From: Welwitschia mirabilis
Lineage: Eukaryota
Length of the DNA stretch: 64,000 bases
Reading direction: 5' to 3'
NCBI GenBank assembly: GCA_051453625.1
Contig: JBOZIK010000001.1
Location: forward strand, 15,903,427-15,967,426
The notes under the pieces are model-generated. The model made no database searches, was not told where the DNA came from, and was given only the letters and a program-made list of their open reading frames with translations. Shown here in pieces: positions 27,501-40,315 of the stretch. Within the stretch, counting starts at the first letter, position 1. Each line of letters opens with the position of its first letter. Both the position numbers and the translations under genes were made by a program.

Positions 27501-28450
27501 AGACATGCATTCTTAAATGGAGTTATCTAAGAAGAGATACAAGCTAAACAACCTAACTTTCAAATGATTTTTATAGAAGTGATTAAATTTATAAATTAAA
27601 GAATGCATTATATAACCTAGAACATGCACCCTAAGCATTTTTAATAATGGTTTAAAACTAAGTACATTATATGTAATATTATTTATTACAATTATTAAAA
27701 ATGATTTTATTACTATTCAAATTTATGTAGATGATGATATCTTTAGTTAACTAATGATTCATTATTAAAAAAAGTACCTAGACTCATGTAGGATGCATTT
27801 GAAATAAGCATGACTAATAAGATGAACAACTTTCTTAGATTGAAAGTTTTATAACACAAAGAAGATATATTTTTCTCAAAATCTAAATACGTTAAGAACT
27901 CACTAATAAAATATAAATTATAGGACCTGAGTCCAAAATAAACACTAATAAGCTCAACTACAAAATTCTACAAGGATGTTCTTAATAAGAAAGTGGATCA
28001 AAGGATGTATAAAGATTAGGTAAGTTGCATAGGCTATTAAATAAGTAAAAATAAATATTGCTACTTCCTTAACTAATGATTAATGGCATGGAGTAGTGAA
28101 AGAGAGAGAAAAAAATCCATATCCCTTCTAATTAAAGAAATTAAGTACATTGTTTTAAAATGAGATTATGCATAAGTTCTATGAATGAGACAAAATGTTA
28201 AAGAATTTAGTATTATCATGAAGTGTATTATTATAAACTATGATAACAAGAGTGTTATTACAATATTGAAGAATCGTATTTAACACTCCAAGATAAAGTA
28301 CATAGAAATCCATCACATGTCCTCCATGAACATGTAGATAGTAGAAATATTAGTTTGAAGTTTGTTAAGATAAATTATTAGTTAGTTGGTATTTTAACAA
28401 ACCTTTGGATGAAGTTAGATTCAATGTGTTGTGCAATGATTTATGGATTA
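24530..28450 (+). pseudogene. copia gag-PR-INT-RT-RNaseH relic with large RT deletions
   Basis: PFFNRINYAY-like gag start; protease-like YSEFSWHMIG at about 26250-26280; integrase relics at 26800-27450; IQIYVDD at 27715-27735; RNase H HSKIKYIEI near 28285. Confidence 0.85.
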
Positions 28451-29127
28451 GGCCATCCCCAATAAAGTAATTTAGAGGTGCATATCTTCTTATCAACTCT
28501 ATTATTTAATTATTTTAATTTTTAATTCTTTAGTATTATTATGCATTGTTGGTAGGATTCGCATGCAATTTACATCATCTTGTAAATTGTTTGTGTAGAT
28601 ATATCTTATGTAGTAAATGTTTCCACATGTATTAGATGTCTTGTATTAATGTAGACATCTATTGCATAACTCTTATTTTTACAACTATTCTCAGTTGAGA
28701 TGTCTAATGTTGACTGGATAACTCATTTTTTAGTGTTTACTATGATCTTTGAGTATTAAAATATTCATAGTTCATAAATGCATCTTATTAAGATTTTCAT
28801 TTTCTAGAATCAATTTAGTGTAGATGTATCCCATGTTATAGATGTCTTTGAAGTGTGTTTTAAACATCTTTAACTTCCAAGATGTCTATAATTTGGGTAA
28901 AAATGAAGTAAATAATTAGGATTAGAAATCTCTAAAATAACAAACCCCTCCTTATAGACATCATTTTTTCATTCACACAAGTTAGAATGTCTATCTTTCA
29001 AGTTTATCAAGCCTTCTAACCTAAAAGTTTAGCTATTAAAAAATGTTTGCTACCTCCACTAAAGATATATACTCAAATGAAAGAATTCTTCTTCATTTAT
29101 TTTATAATTCCTAATCAATCCTTAGGA

Positions 29128-29390
29128 GCTAGCCACCAAAAAAACCTGGATCTATATAGCCCATGCTTAGTTAGGAACAAGCGAGTAAAAAAGAGGCTTA
29201 AATCTATGTTACCGATGTTAATTCGGGAACTTACCCTATTGTACCCATCCTCACTTAGGCGCTAGCCACCAAAAACAAACCTAGATCTATGTTACCCATG
29301 TTGACTTGCTTTACATTACTTATATTGACTTAAAAACTAACCTCCCAAAAAACCTAGATCTATGTTATCCGTGCTAACTAGGACTACCCG
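29128..29390 (+). repeat. Degenerate tandem repeat upstream of the host gene
   Basis: Three to four copies of (GCTAGCCA)CCAAAAAA.CCT(A/G)GATCTAT(G)TTA(C/T)CC(A/G)TG at about 29128, 29200 (partial), 29261 and 29345. Confidence 0.7.
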
Positions 29391-30018
29391 TAAAAAATAT
29401 CGACTATGACGGAGATTCGTACAATTAAAAGTTTAACATTTACTACCATATAAAAGACTTCGAAACTTGTCAAATATAGACTTACAAACATAACAGAATG
29501 CTTTCAAACTTACTAATTACAGACATGACATGGTAAGGATTCACAAATAGAATAATGATATGTAGCGACGAATGTCGACCAGCCAAAACTTTTATATCCA
29601 GGGAATTTGCAATTCAAATGAGAAGACGTAGCCAAAATGAGAAGACATAGCCAAAGCAGTTGTTGACACTTGTACTGCCATGGCTGTCAAAGCACAGTCC
29701 TTTTCCCCTTCAGAGCGTGGATCATGGACCACAACTCTCGCTGCATCTCCACTTCACTCGTTGTACGCAACATGAAACCCAGCGCACTCTGAAATGACAA
29801 AAGTAAGAGAGAAAATCGTAAACTTTTGCATTTGCAAGTTTTTGCAGAAGGTACAGTGATTCCCTCTCTTCTCTTTCTCGTTCGTCCTCTTCCGTTTTCC
29901 TTTCGCACTTCGATCCAAAATCTTCTTACGTAATCCACAGTCCGGATCTCCTTTTTATGCTTCATAACGTGAATTGTTATTTCAGAACTCTGGAAATCTT
30001 TGAGTCCGGAACTGAAGA

Positions 30019-30711
30019 ATGATGACAGAAATCGCAGATTTAAAGAATAAGAATCATAAGCGAATTTCAGGTCCTTCTGCGAGTGTTTCGTCTTCCGCGT
30101 GTGAGGTGATACGGCGGAGATGCTCCCGCTCTTCGGCTCCGCTTCTTCCGAGCACCGCTGATCAAATAAATTCAGACGAAAGTAAGGAAACGGAGAAAAC
30201 GGAGAAGCAGAAAAGGAAGCAAAGAACGAATTTTCAGTGCGGACATCTGGCGAGATTCGCAGCTTCGTTGTTTAGCTGGAAATATCACAAGCGCAGCAAC
30301 AGCAGTAGCACTTGCCTTTCGAAAACCGCGTCGAATAACAGACCTTGTGAATATTCTAGCCGTAAAGAAGCTACGCGTGATGAGAGTTATGGGAAGAATA
30401 ACTTGATAGAACATGATGGAAACGCAGAGAGAGGTATGGAATCGGATTCAGAACTCTTTGATCTTCCGTCTTTCAAGTATGCAGATGCTGAAGCTAAATC
30501 CTGCACTACCGTTGTCGCTGCTGCACCTCTCTCCCTCGTATCCGCCAAAAGAACAAGTAAATTCACTAAGAAGAGCGATCTGGACGAAGATGACAGCAAG
30601 AATGGAGGGAGAAGTAGTGGCTCCAGTTCAGATCTGTTTGATCTTCCTGCATTCTTCCTTTTAGCACAACCTGCAACTCATGCAGCTTTCACTACAGCTT
30701 GTGTCACATAA
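30019..30711 (+). CDS. BG1-like: BIG GRAIN 1-like protein (230 aa, intronless)
   Basis: The only long intact ORF, in a CpG-rich island. Motifs GHLARFAASLFS (cf. GGRLASFLNSLF), SSSTCLSKT (cf. SRSCLSKT) and SSSDLFDL (cf. SSDLFEL) occur in BG1 family order. A pyrimidine-rich leader lies upstream. Family assignment is from recalled motifs. Confidence 0.8.
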   Translation: MMTEIADLKNKNHKRISGPSASVSSSACEVIRRRCSRSSAPLLPSTADQINSDESKETEKTEKQKRKQRTNFQCGHLARFAASLFSWKYHKRSNSSSTCLSKTASNNRPCEYSSRKEATRDESYGKNNLIEHDGNAERGMESDSELFDLPSFKYADAEAKSCTTVVAAAPLSLVSAKRTSKFTKKSDLDEDDSKNGGRSSGSSSDLFDLPAFFLLAQPATHAAFTTACVT

Positions 30712-31506
30712 AATGGAGTGAAGTACAGGTGATTCATAGATTTTCATTTGACTAAGAAAATTTCTAACCTTGGAAACGGTGATAAGATTTCTTTGACGAT
30801 TGTGGTGGATATCTAAAAACACCTGGAAATTTTTTTTGAAATCCTCTATTTTTGTAGATAACTTCTTGCAGTGGATTTAGTCTGGAAAATGTTTGGGCTT
30901 CCGCGAATAAGACTTTCGGAGGAGACATTTGTGTGGATAGCCTGTTGGTCCAGGTTTAGTGAGCATATGAACAATCAGTACAAGGATGATTTGTTTCATC
31001 AGGTCTTTTTACTAGTTTTTATTTTAACTTTCTGTCTACATCTTTTGACAAATTTTCAAGTTGTTTTGAGATTTTATTAATAGTTATAATTTCATATATT
31101 TAGTTGCAAAGCGAAGAGTGTTAGCAAGTTCATCAAATCTAATGGTTTTGTAAGGAAACAATTTCAGTTTATGTATTTAAATAAAATATATTTGTTATTT
31201 TTATTTATATGTTAATAAATTGCATGCTTCTTAGAAATTCGAAATCAAAAGTCATTTGATAGACTTAAAAAAGACAAATGTGAATATTAAATTTTTTCAA
31301 AACATCGAACTACAAAAACAAATTGGGAAAAACGAAAATTTATGGTCATTTATTAAGAAGAGCATTATTTCTCAAAAGCAAAATACGCTCAAGAAAATTT
31401 ATTAGTATAACTTTGTTAAATTTAGTTAAAAACATTTTAATGGCAAAGCAGTGCTCCTATAACTTTGTATTTCTGAGTTCAATTATAAAATAAAAACTCT
31501 TTCAGC

Positions 31507-31545
31507 AAAAAAAAAAAAAAAGAAAGAAAGAAAGAAAGAAAAGGA
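31507..31545 (+). repeat. poly(A) plus (GAAA)n microsatellite
   Basis: Read directly from the sequence. Confidence 0.9.
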
Positions 31546-32549
31546 AAAGAGGTAGGGTTTTTAAAAGACCTTTTCAATAATCAAAGTTATAACCACAAAT
31601 AAACAATAATGCTTTACTATTAAGATGTCTATCTAGAGACTCTAATATTAGTATTTTGTTAAGGTATATGTTTTTTCAAATTTCTTAAAGGGATATACAA
31701 TTTAGGTAATTTAATCTATAAGTTATTAGTCTCAATGTTTTGGACTTAAGTCCTAGACTATGTGTACTTTGACTCTTTACTATAGTGGGAAATGAAAATC
31801 TAGAATTAAATAAAGAGTTTTAGATTAACAATCCAAGGAGGACAAGAAGTTTTAAAGAGTATAACAAAGAAAAAAAATAAGAGTAAAATATGGAATACAT
31901 TTTTTATCTTTTTACTTCATTACTTGCTTCCAATAATTCACTTAAAAATGGCTCTATTCTCTTTGTTTTGAAGTCTTTTCTAGTCATGAGATTTAATATA
32001 ATACCCATTTATTATATCACAACTAACAATCAAAAGTTAAGAGTTACACATTTAGAAATAAGANNNNNNNNNNTATTACTATAGATTCTTTGATTTTTTG
32101 CAATCTTTCCATTCTCTGCTACATTTTATGTCAAATTGAAACTAGAATAAATATTAAAATTCTAAGATCAATGGAGATATTCAAAAAATAGTAGCAATAT
32201 AAGAATTTGTAATAATGTTCTAGAGATTTATAAAGAAAGACTATAAGAAGTGACTAAAGAGACTTGAAAAAAAAAAATACTTAAGAGGATGTTATAAAAA
32301 ATTTGGACAAGAGAATGAAAATACAAGAATAAAGAATGATGCCATGTTAGCCTGAAGGAAGAAAATAATAAAGAATTTAAACCTTGAAGAGATTCTAGAG
32401 GTGTGTGAGAATCCAATTAAAAAAACAATAATTAGGAAAAGGAAAGAAAGGAATAAGTGAAGACAAAAGAGCCTATGAGAAGATTCTTCAAAAGTTTTAA
32501 AGGATATAGGAAAAGGTGGTAAATACTTTGGGAAGTGTAGGCAAGAAAA

Positions 32550-34900
32550 TCATTATGAAGGTATTATTTTATGATTAGATTAGATTTATAGAGAAACATT
32601 TTGAAAAAGAGAAGATGAAGGAAGGAGATGAAGTTTCATTTGCAAAGGGAAAAATAAAAGTAGTAGCCACTTAGTAGGAAAAAGGATAAGATGATCATAC
32701 AAAAAAGAGATTATATCCACTTTAAGATATAGAAAACATGAAGGAGAAGATGAAGCATAATTTTTCAGTTTTAACATATAATATTGACATTATTAAAAGG
32801 ATGCACGCTTTAACATAATAAGAAAAGACTATCAAAGAACATAGGAAAGTATTTCATTAAAGTTCTATTCATGTGGACCACATTGGAATTAGGGAAGAAG
32901 AGATTGCAAGGTTCATTAATAGCTTAATATTCTTAATTAAACAAGAATTATCAATTTGAATGTCCAAAAATTTGGAGAAAGCATATTTTTATGTTTCAAG
33001 ACTAGAGGAGAAATAGAAAATATTTACAAAAGTAACATAAGAAAAAAACAATATTGAAGAGGTAGACATGGAGGCGATATGTTAGAATAACAAAGAAAAA
33101 ACAGAAAATCGTATGAAGAATATTCTTTCTTAAGGGAAAGATGAAGAAGTGGAATAGGCAAAGGAAGGGAAGATCCTCCCATTTCTTCATTTGTAAAGGA
33201 AGTAAACATAAAATCTATGATTATTCATGCACGTAAAAATGAGGATCTAGAAATGTAATATTTTAATAAGATTAAAAAAATAAAATAGCAAAAGTACATA
33301 AAGAAAGAGAAAATAATAAAAAGTTAGAAACTTATTACTAAAAAGCAAGTTAATTCAAGGACAAACTAAAAAAGAAGAATCATCCCAAAAGAGCATATCC
33401 TTTAAATCCGTTGTAGATGCAAGGGTTAAATTTATGAAGTCATTATAGATAGTGGGAGCTTTTATACTATTTTTCCTATAAAGGAGGTTAATAAATGCAA
33501 GTTGAAATTAAGGGCACATCTTACACCACATAAGGTGTCATAGGTTCAAAAAGGTCATTAGGTTATATTAAAGGAATATTGTAGGGTAAGTTTTAATGTG
33601 TGTAATTATCATAATCATGTGTTATGTGATGTAATAATCATGGATGCATTCCATATTTTACTTGAAAATTCTTGGTATTTTAATGTGCAAAACAAAGATT
33701 ATGAAGTCCAAAACACTAATTCTATTATTAAAAGTAATAAATGGTTTAGGTTGAAATATTAGAATGAAAATAAAATGTTCTTTTTTAAAGCATTTACTAT
33801 CTAAACAAAAAGTTGTTTCTTTGTAAATAAAAGAAAGAAAAGTATGCACTCATAATGGTAATGAGACTAATGCACGAAGACATATAAGTTGTGAAATTAA
33901 ATTCTAGAAGTTGAAGAATTAAGAAGAAAATTTGCAAACATTTTAATCAAAGAACTACCACATAAACCACCTCCTCATAGAACCATAAAACACCAAACAC
34001 ATATTATTCCATAAGCATTAGTTTCCAATAAATCCTACTAGATGATACCAAAGAAGATAAGATAGAAGCTAGATTTAAGAACTCTTAGAAAAGGTACTCA
34101 CTTATGAAAGGTTATCTCCATGTAGTATACCTATGGTTTTAACATCAAGAAAATATAATTAAGAGATAGCAATGTACACAAACTCAAAAGCCATTAATAA
34201 AAACATTATTAAATACTAGTTTTCATATGAAGAATAGATGATACCTTCCATAGCTTAGTAGGGGCTTACTAGTTTAATAAGATTTATCTTAAAAATGATT
34301 TTTATTAATTTCATGTAAGAAAAGAAGATGATTAAAAGAATATCTTTAAAATATCTAATGGCCTTATGCCATTTTGATTAATAAATGATCTTACATCTTC
34401 GATGAGAATAATGATAGATGTACTAAAATATTTTCTATGGATATCTTGATGATATTTTAAAATATAATAGAAACAAAGGAATAAATTAAAATACCTAAAA
34501 ATGGTATGGATAAGATTAATAGAATTTTTTTAATATTTAAAAAATGTGCATTAAGGAAAACTTAGTATCTTTAAGCATAATAGATTGTGAAGAAGGTGTA
34601 AAAATAAATCCCAGTAAGATTGCAACTATTAAAAATGGATAATTTCATAAAATAAAAAGGGAAATAGAAGCCTTTACGAATTGACAACCTTCTATAGAAG
34701 ATTTATTTAAGGATTCTTAAAGATATGTGTTCTCATTTTAGGCACCATAAAAAAAAAAAAAGAGAAAGCATTTTAGCTCATAAAAGTTGCCCATGAAATA
34801 TTTTAGCTTTCAAATGAAAAAAATATCTTTAAAATAGATTCTTGTAATACTAGGATTTTAGAAAAAACAACTTACCATGCAATGTGATTCTAGTAGATGA
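32550..34900 (+). pseudogene. Ty3/gypsy CRM-like gag-PR-RT relic, truncated at the start of RNase H
   Basis: VIIDSGS near 33440, RAHLTPHKVS near 33511, LPHKPPPHRTIKHQ near 33955, YLDDIL at 34442, TMQCDSS near 34875; no LTRs recognised. Confidence 0.8.
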
Positions 34901-35099
34901 TGCACCTTGAGACTTATAATAATTTTAAATCTTTAAGGATCATTCNNNNNNNNNNTTATAAAACTAGGGTATTCTGTTTAGTATAATTTATCCTAGTTCT
35001 TATGTTATTTGAAGGACTAAAAAGAAATATTATAGATCACAAATATTTAGGTTATGCAAAATTAGGTTTAACTAAGATTTAAATGAAAATATATTTTAA

Positions 35100-36700
35100 A
35101 AAAGTATTATCTATATAAATATTTTAAATTCCCAAGGTTATCTCTCCAAATCGACATAGCTTCATCTGCTTGAGGTACATATAAGGTGAAAAGGTACATA
35201 TAAGGTCAAATTTTACTTACTTATGAGATTATTTATTCTGTTAAAAAAACATACATTTCCTATAATACTTATCAAAATTGATATAGCTAAGGCATATAAC
35301 ACAATTAGCTAGATTGTTGTAGGAATCATACTTAGGAAAACTTGATTTATGATAGATATGATAAATCTATGGATGGACATGCAGGCTTTAGCTAAATTCT
35401 ACCTAAAGATCAATGTCACAGATCTAAGTATTTCATTATAGGATGAGGCCTTAAATAAGATTATCCATTATCACCTTACCTATTTCTATTTGTTATGAAT
35501 GTTGTGTAGAAAATGCCAAAAAGAAATGGCATTGAATGAATCAAGATAAAAAAGAAAACATTCATTAATAATCATTATGATAATGATACAATCATAATGA
35601 TTCAAGCCTCTTATTAGCAAGTAGAGCCATCATAAATGTAATGAAGTTATTCAAAAAGGCCATGAAATTAAGGATAAAGTAGAATAAGATGAAAATCCAC
35701 TTTATAATTTTGAAATCATGCATAAGGATGATATGGCATAGATCTGGGAAGCCAAAAAAGGGGAAATTAATTATATTTATTATAAATCCCATTATAGCAT
35801 TGAAATAAATTTCAAATGTGGAAGCACATCATCAAGAAAATTCAAAGAAAATGTAGTACCTAGACAAACATATTTCTCTTCTCAAAAGCAAAAGTTATCC
35901 TTACTAACTCCTCCCTCATAGCTAGTTTTAGATACTTAGCTTTTGTTATCGGGGGGCGGCGNNNNNNNNNNTTAGTAGATAAGGATAAAAATGGAATCCC
36001 CTTTTACAAATGGAACATTATTTATCACCTCAAAGCATTTAAAAGCTAGGGGATTTAAAGAACATAACATTATCTTGTAATAGAAGAAAATAAAAGAATT
36101 AGAAGATTCTACACAGAGGGTATCTCTTGAAGTGACTTGATTAAGTATAAATACAATCCATGAGATAGTAAAGAAGGGGAGTCTTACCTTTGAAGGCCCC
36201 TAGTAAACTCATACTAAGAGCTTAAGGGTGTAGATTCCACTTTGTAGGAGGCTTTCAAATCATCCAAATTAAAAATTATAGTAAGATGTAAGGAGCAAAA
36301 GAATTTTAAAAGGAAAATATAATAGGAAAAATTAAAATTTATTCTTGGATTTTAAAAGAGAATTAGATCTTAACTATAAATAAATTAATTAGAGGGGGAA
36401 CTATAGGTTCCCCTTTCTATTCCATTTACTAAAGGAGTAAAGAGACACTTGATCATTTAGTTAAAGATTGTACATGGTATGAATGGCTTACTGTATTAAT
36501 GCATAATTAGTACATTAGAAGAAAAAAGTACAGAAGAAAATACTTGAGAGACTACATGTAACACACTAGTAGATTTGAAAGATATTTAATTAGACTTTTT
36601 TTTTCTAATGTTCCTCTTTATTTTCCTACATATATGGCCTATAACATGAAATGATATTTTTCTAAAATTAGAGCATCAATGGGTATCACTTCTCTATTTG
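35100..36700 (+). pseudogene. LINE (L1 clade) ORF2 reverse transcriptase and zf-RVT relic
   Basis: IKIDIAKAYNTIS* at 35271 (KxDxxKAYDxVxW), GLK*DYPLSPYLFLFVM near 35448 (GLRQGDPLSPYLF), KETLDHLVKDC near 36440. Confidence 0.85.
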
Positions 36701-38020
36701 AACTAAAGAAATTAATCCTCTTTAAATCTTACCTAGAGTTATGGTAGAAAGTTTAAGCCATTCGATGGAATCCCCTCATGAAGAAACTGAAAGCAAAATA
36801 AGAGATAAATATCACCTCCTTTTTTAGGAACTAAGAAGAAGACTTCATAAAGTTTAATAGAGTGAAAATTTATCTTATAAAAGACACTTTAGTAGGATAT
36901 CTTGAGATGTTAATGGAGGGAAAAATAATTCTTATTGATGCTAAGAAATAGTTGGAAGCTCATCACTTCTTTGCAATAAGTATCCCTAAGCTCTCAAGTG
37001 GATGCATTCATAGATGTGCTCTTCCACCTCCATGGGATCTAGGGAGGGAAATGATGAATAGATACTTTATATAATATTGTGAAACTTCTAAGATAACAGG
37101 TATTCTTTTCATCTTTCTTAAAGCCCTAGACTTAGAATAATGATTTAATATACCATATTTCTTTCTCCAAGTTTTGAACAAAAAAGATAAAACTAGACAT
37201 TCAGGTCTAATTATGGCCTTATGAAGGGTAGTAAACATAGATCAAGAGACTCCTCAAGGACAACCTTAGAAGAAGGCAAAAGTGAAAAAGAAGAATTTCC
37301 CTTAAAGAAACAAAGGAAATCCCCAAGAAGGTAGAGTAAGAATGAGATAAGAACGGAATCAACCTCCTTCCCATAGGAGATGATAAAGGAGACTTCACTC
37401 CTATCCTTCAGTGAACAAGCAAGGATAACCTTGATTTTTCCATCTAAGAAGAAATATGAAGAAAATGTTGACTAGGAGTATGAAAAGCCTTAGTAAAGTT
37501 AAGAGCCAAAATTTGAGAAGCTAGTTATGAAAGAGGCTACATGCTTAGTTTTGATGGAAACTATCAAAGAACTATAGAAATCCCCATCACCTATGATAAA
37601 GGCTAGTCATAGAGCCCCTTTGAGTTCCATCAAAGCCACATATAGAAGGAATTCCCTAGGAATCCACCTTGATAAAAGTATAATAGGGCCTAACACGTTT
37701 AATGAACTAAATCAAGCCTTTGAGTTTCTAGTAGATGATCTAGATAAAAATTTCATATAGAAGCATCATAGGGATCTATTTCTTAGATTAAGAGCCTTTT
37801 AATCATATTTAGTTTTATAGTTTTTATATTTTGAGATGGCCTTATTCTTTTTGTTATGTTTTTATTAGTTTGAGTTATGTTTTAGTGATTGCCTAGTCTT
37901 TTTTGGATGTATGATCAAAAGCTAGCTGATTCCTTGCTTATCTCATGTCTAAGGGCATCTTTGTTTCTCCTGTAAAGTGTTTGTATAGAATTTTTAATTT
38001 TTATTTTTAAAAAAATATTC
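36700..38020 (+). pseudogene. Possible L1 ORF1 relic, endonuclease N-terminus and T-rich 3' UTR
   Basis: MKKMLTRSMKSL...CLVLMETIK from 37456 resembles the L1 endonuclease start (MKILSWNVRGL...LQETK); weak ORF1-like relics upstream; T-rich tail ending in an A run. Confidence 0.45.
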
Positions 38021-38840
38021 AAAATAAATTATCCTCCTAGGAATTAGTTATTATTATTTATAAGATACTTAATATAACTAGACATCCTGAGATAATTTAA
38101 AGATATTGAGTCAAGCCTAAAATAGATTTATGAATAAGTAATAAATTTTATTCACTGTGGATCTAATATGTGATGAAACTAGTCAATTTAAAAATGTAAT
38201 GTATTATAATAAAATATAGGAATACTAGAATAGTATAAAAGTATCATAAACAATAAATACATTAAATTAATAAAATGTAAATGTAAAAGCAAAAGAACTT
38301 TCAAAATGTACTATTACATGAGTAGCAGTTGTAATTGTATTTATGATGGAACAAAAGATAGGTTTAGTTATAAATCAAAGCGCATTTATAAGTGATGTAG
38401 ACACCACTGTAAATATTAGTTTAGGATAGAATTAAAAGCTTTAACATTTTAAGGAAAATATCTTATGAATCAATTATTTCCTCATACCCATGAAGGCAGA
38501 AAAGAATCTTATCATCTTATAATAAAAAAATACCTCTTCATGACATAAGAAATTTGGAACTAAAAAATAAACTTTAGATAGAATAATGGATTTTTAAATG
38601 TTAATTAATGATATAACTAATGAAGGATTTATTGATTAAAAGATCAAATAATTAAAAGATGATTAACCCTTAATGTCATCTTTATTTTTATATCCTTGCA
38701 TATGGTCATGGATTAGATGGGTATGTATGTGTTATGTACATGCTAATAATAGCTTTTTTATTGATGAATTTACTTAGGTCATATGATTTAGATGCATAAT
38801 AATTAATATTATTAATGTATCATTTAATGATTTAGTTATA

Positions 38841-40301
38841 TGAGGATTATTAAATTGAGAAGAGAAGGGTGAATGAGTTTCATTAAATAAAATTTAAATT
38901 GAATTATAAAATGAAAATGTACAATAAAAACACCATATCAAATGACATGATTATCCAACTTGGGTACATTCACATACAAAGGATACCTTCTACTCACATA
39001 TCTAGATATTCTTAACCTAAACGAAAATAGTGGTTTTCTAGCACATCACTAACCTTTTGAAAAATGCAAGTCACCTCATAAGATAGTACTCTCTTCACCT
39101 CAAGGGAAAAGTGGTTTTTATAGTTGCATCATGAACCTTTATAATAGTAAAGCTCTCCTCGTAAGGCAACACTCTCTTCCTCATAAGAAAATAATGGTTT
39201 TCTAACTATCTAGTAATATTAATTAAACAAGTGCCTTAAAGCACAATCTAAAATGCACACTCCTACAAGGACTGCCTTACAAAGTGTTTGATATTTAGGA
39301 ATGGACTTACAATAATATTTAATAATAAGATAGTCCAAAATGTAAACTAAAAGAACAAAGCAATAATAAGCCTAAATATTTTTCTTTGATTATGACTTAA
39401 TCTCCTTGATGATGTTGTTATTATCAAAATCAGGAATCAAGATAATAGCACTATAGATTCAAGATTTAAAGATGAAAGTAATGCAAGCTTCATGCTAATG
39501 ATTCCTTGATTCTTCATGAGAAGTTCCTTTCACTTGTGCATTTGTCATTCTTGATCTAATTATTGTGTATCAAGATTCAAATTTGAGTATTCATTATTGT
39601 TCCAAAAGTTCTTCTTTGTTTTGTCATGTTGAGTCTTTATATGATTTAGAAAGATCTAGCTTTTTGGGCATGAAATTTAGCCATTTAACTTTATAACCAT
39701 CATATAATGGATAAAGAGCATCTAGGCATTAGACACATAACTTTAGTTTTAATTGACATGAACTTTGATTTGAGATATCTTCTAAGAGTCATAGATCTTT
39801 ACCTTATAGATGTCTTTAGTTAACTTGCACAAATCTAGATGAATTTTATTCTATAATTTTCTTAGGCCATTTTGACCATGAATCTGTGATGTATAAGTTC
39901 ATATCTCACCTAAAATCCTAGTTATTAGTTTAAAAAAATTAAATTTATTACTTGTTTTAGCTTAGTATGGACATCTTCAAATATGTAGATGTTTTCATCT
40001 ATGTTAGGTTCAACTTTAAACTTAGTTATCGTGAATAGGTAATCGTCTTTTAACCTATGACTTGATTTTAGTACATCCAAAACATCTTCAAATTCCTTGA
40101 CATATTTACTTAAAACATATTTAATATTTTATATGTTTTCAAATAATTGATCTTATAGTTTTAGCATCTAATCCTTTTATAAGATGTTGTAGCTAAAGAT
40201 CCATTATGATTCTAGTATCTATCAAGATTTGATGTTCTTGTGATAACCTATTTATGCAAAATATTTGATAAGTGGAATCATCAAAACTAGATTTATCAAC
40301 A
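38841..40301 (-). repeat. SIRE 3' LTR
   Basis: TGAGG...TCAACA; colinear with 45938-47425. Confidence 0.9.
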
Positions 40302-40302
40302 A

Positions 40303-40315
40303 TCTCCCCCTTTTT
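40303..40315 (-). promoter_or_regulatory. Polypurine tract
   Basis: TCTCCCCCTTTTT next to the LTR; a second decayed PPT-like copy lies near 41062. Confidence 0.9.

Larger units (their letters stand above)
9220..29090 (+). mobile_element. Ty1/copia SIRE-type element, 5' LTR interrupted by an Athila insertion, 3' truncated
   Basis: LTR-like pieces at about 9220-10082 and 24152-24476 carry a SIRE-like TTTACCGTTTCCCTCTC near the end. Met PBS at 24479, then gag-PR-INT-RT-RH relics. Both outer boundaries are approximate. Confidence 0.7.

Noticed and set aside
29400-30018. Auxin response elements in the BG1-like promoter
   Set aside because: Only TGTC cores were seen; no canonical TGTCTC/TGTCGG was found by eye.
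29687-30664. Overlapping and antisense ORFs around the BG1-like gene
   Set aside because: Expected by-products of the higher GC content; no recognisable motifs.
35951-35961. GC-rich GGGGGGCGGCG
   Set aside because: Abuts an N gap; probably a low-quality contig end.
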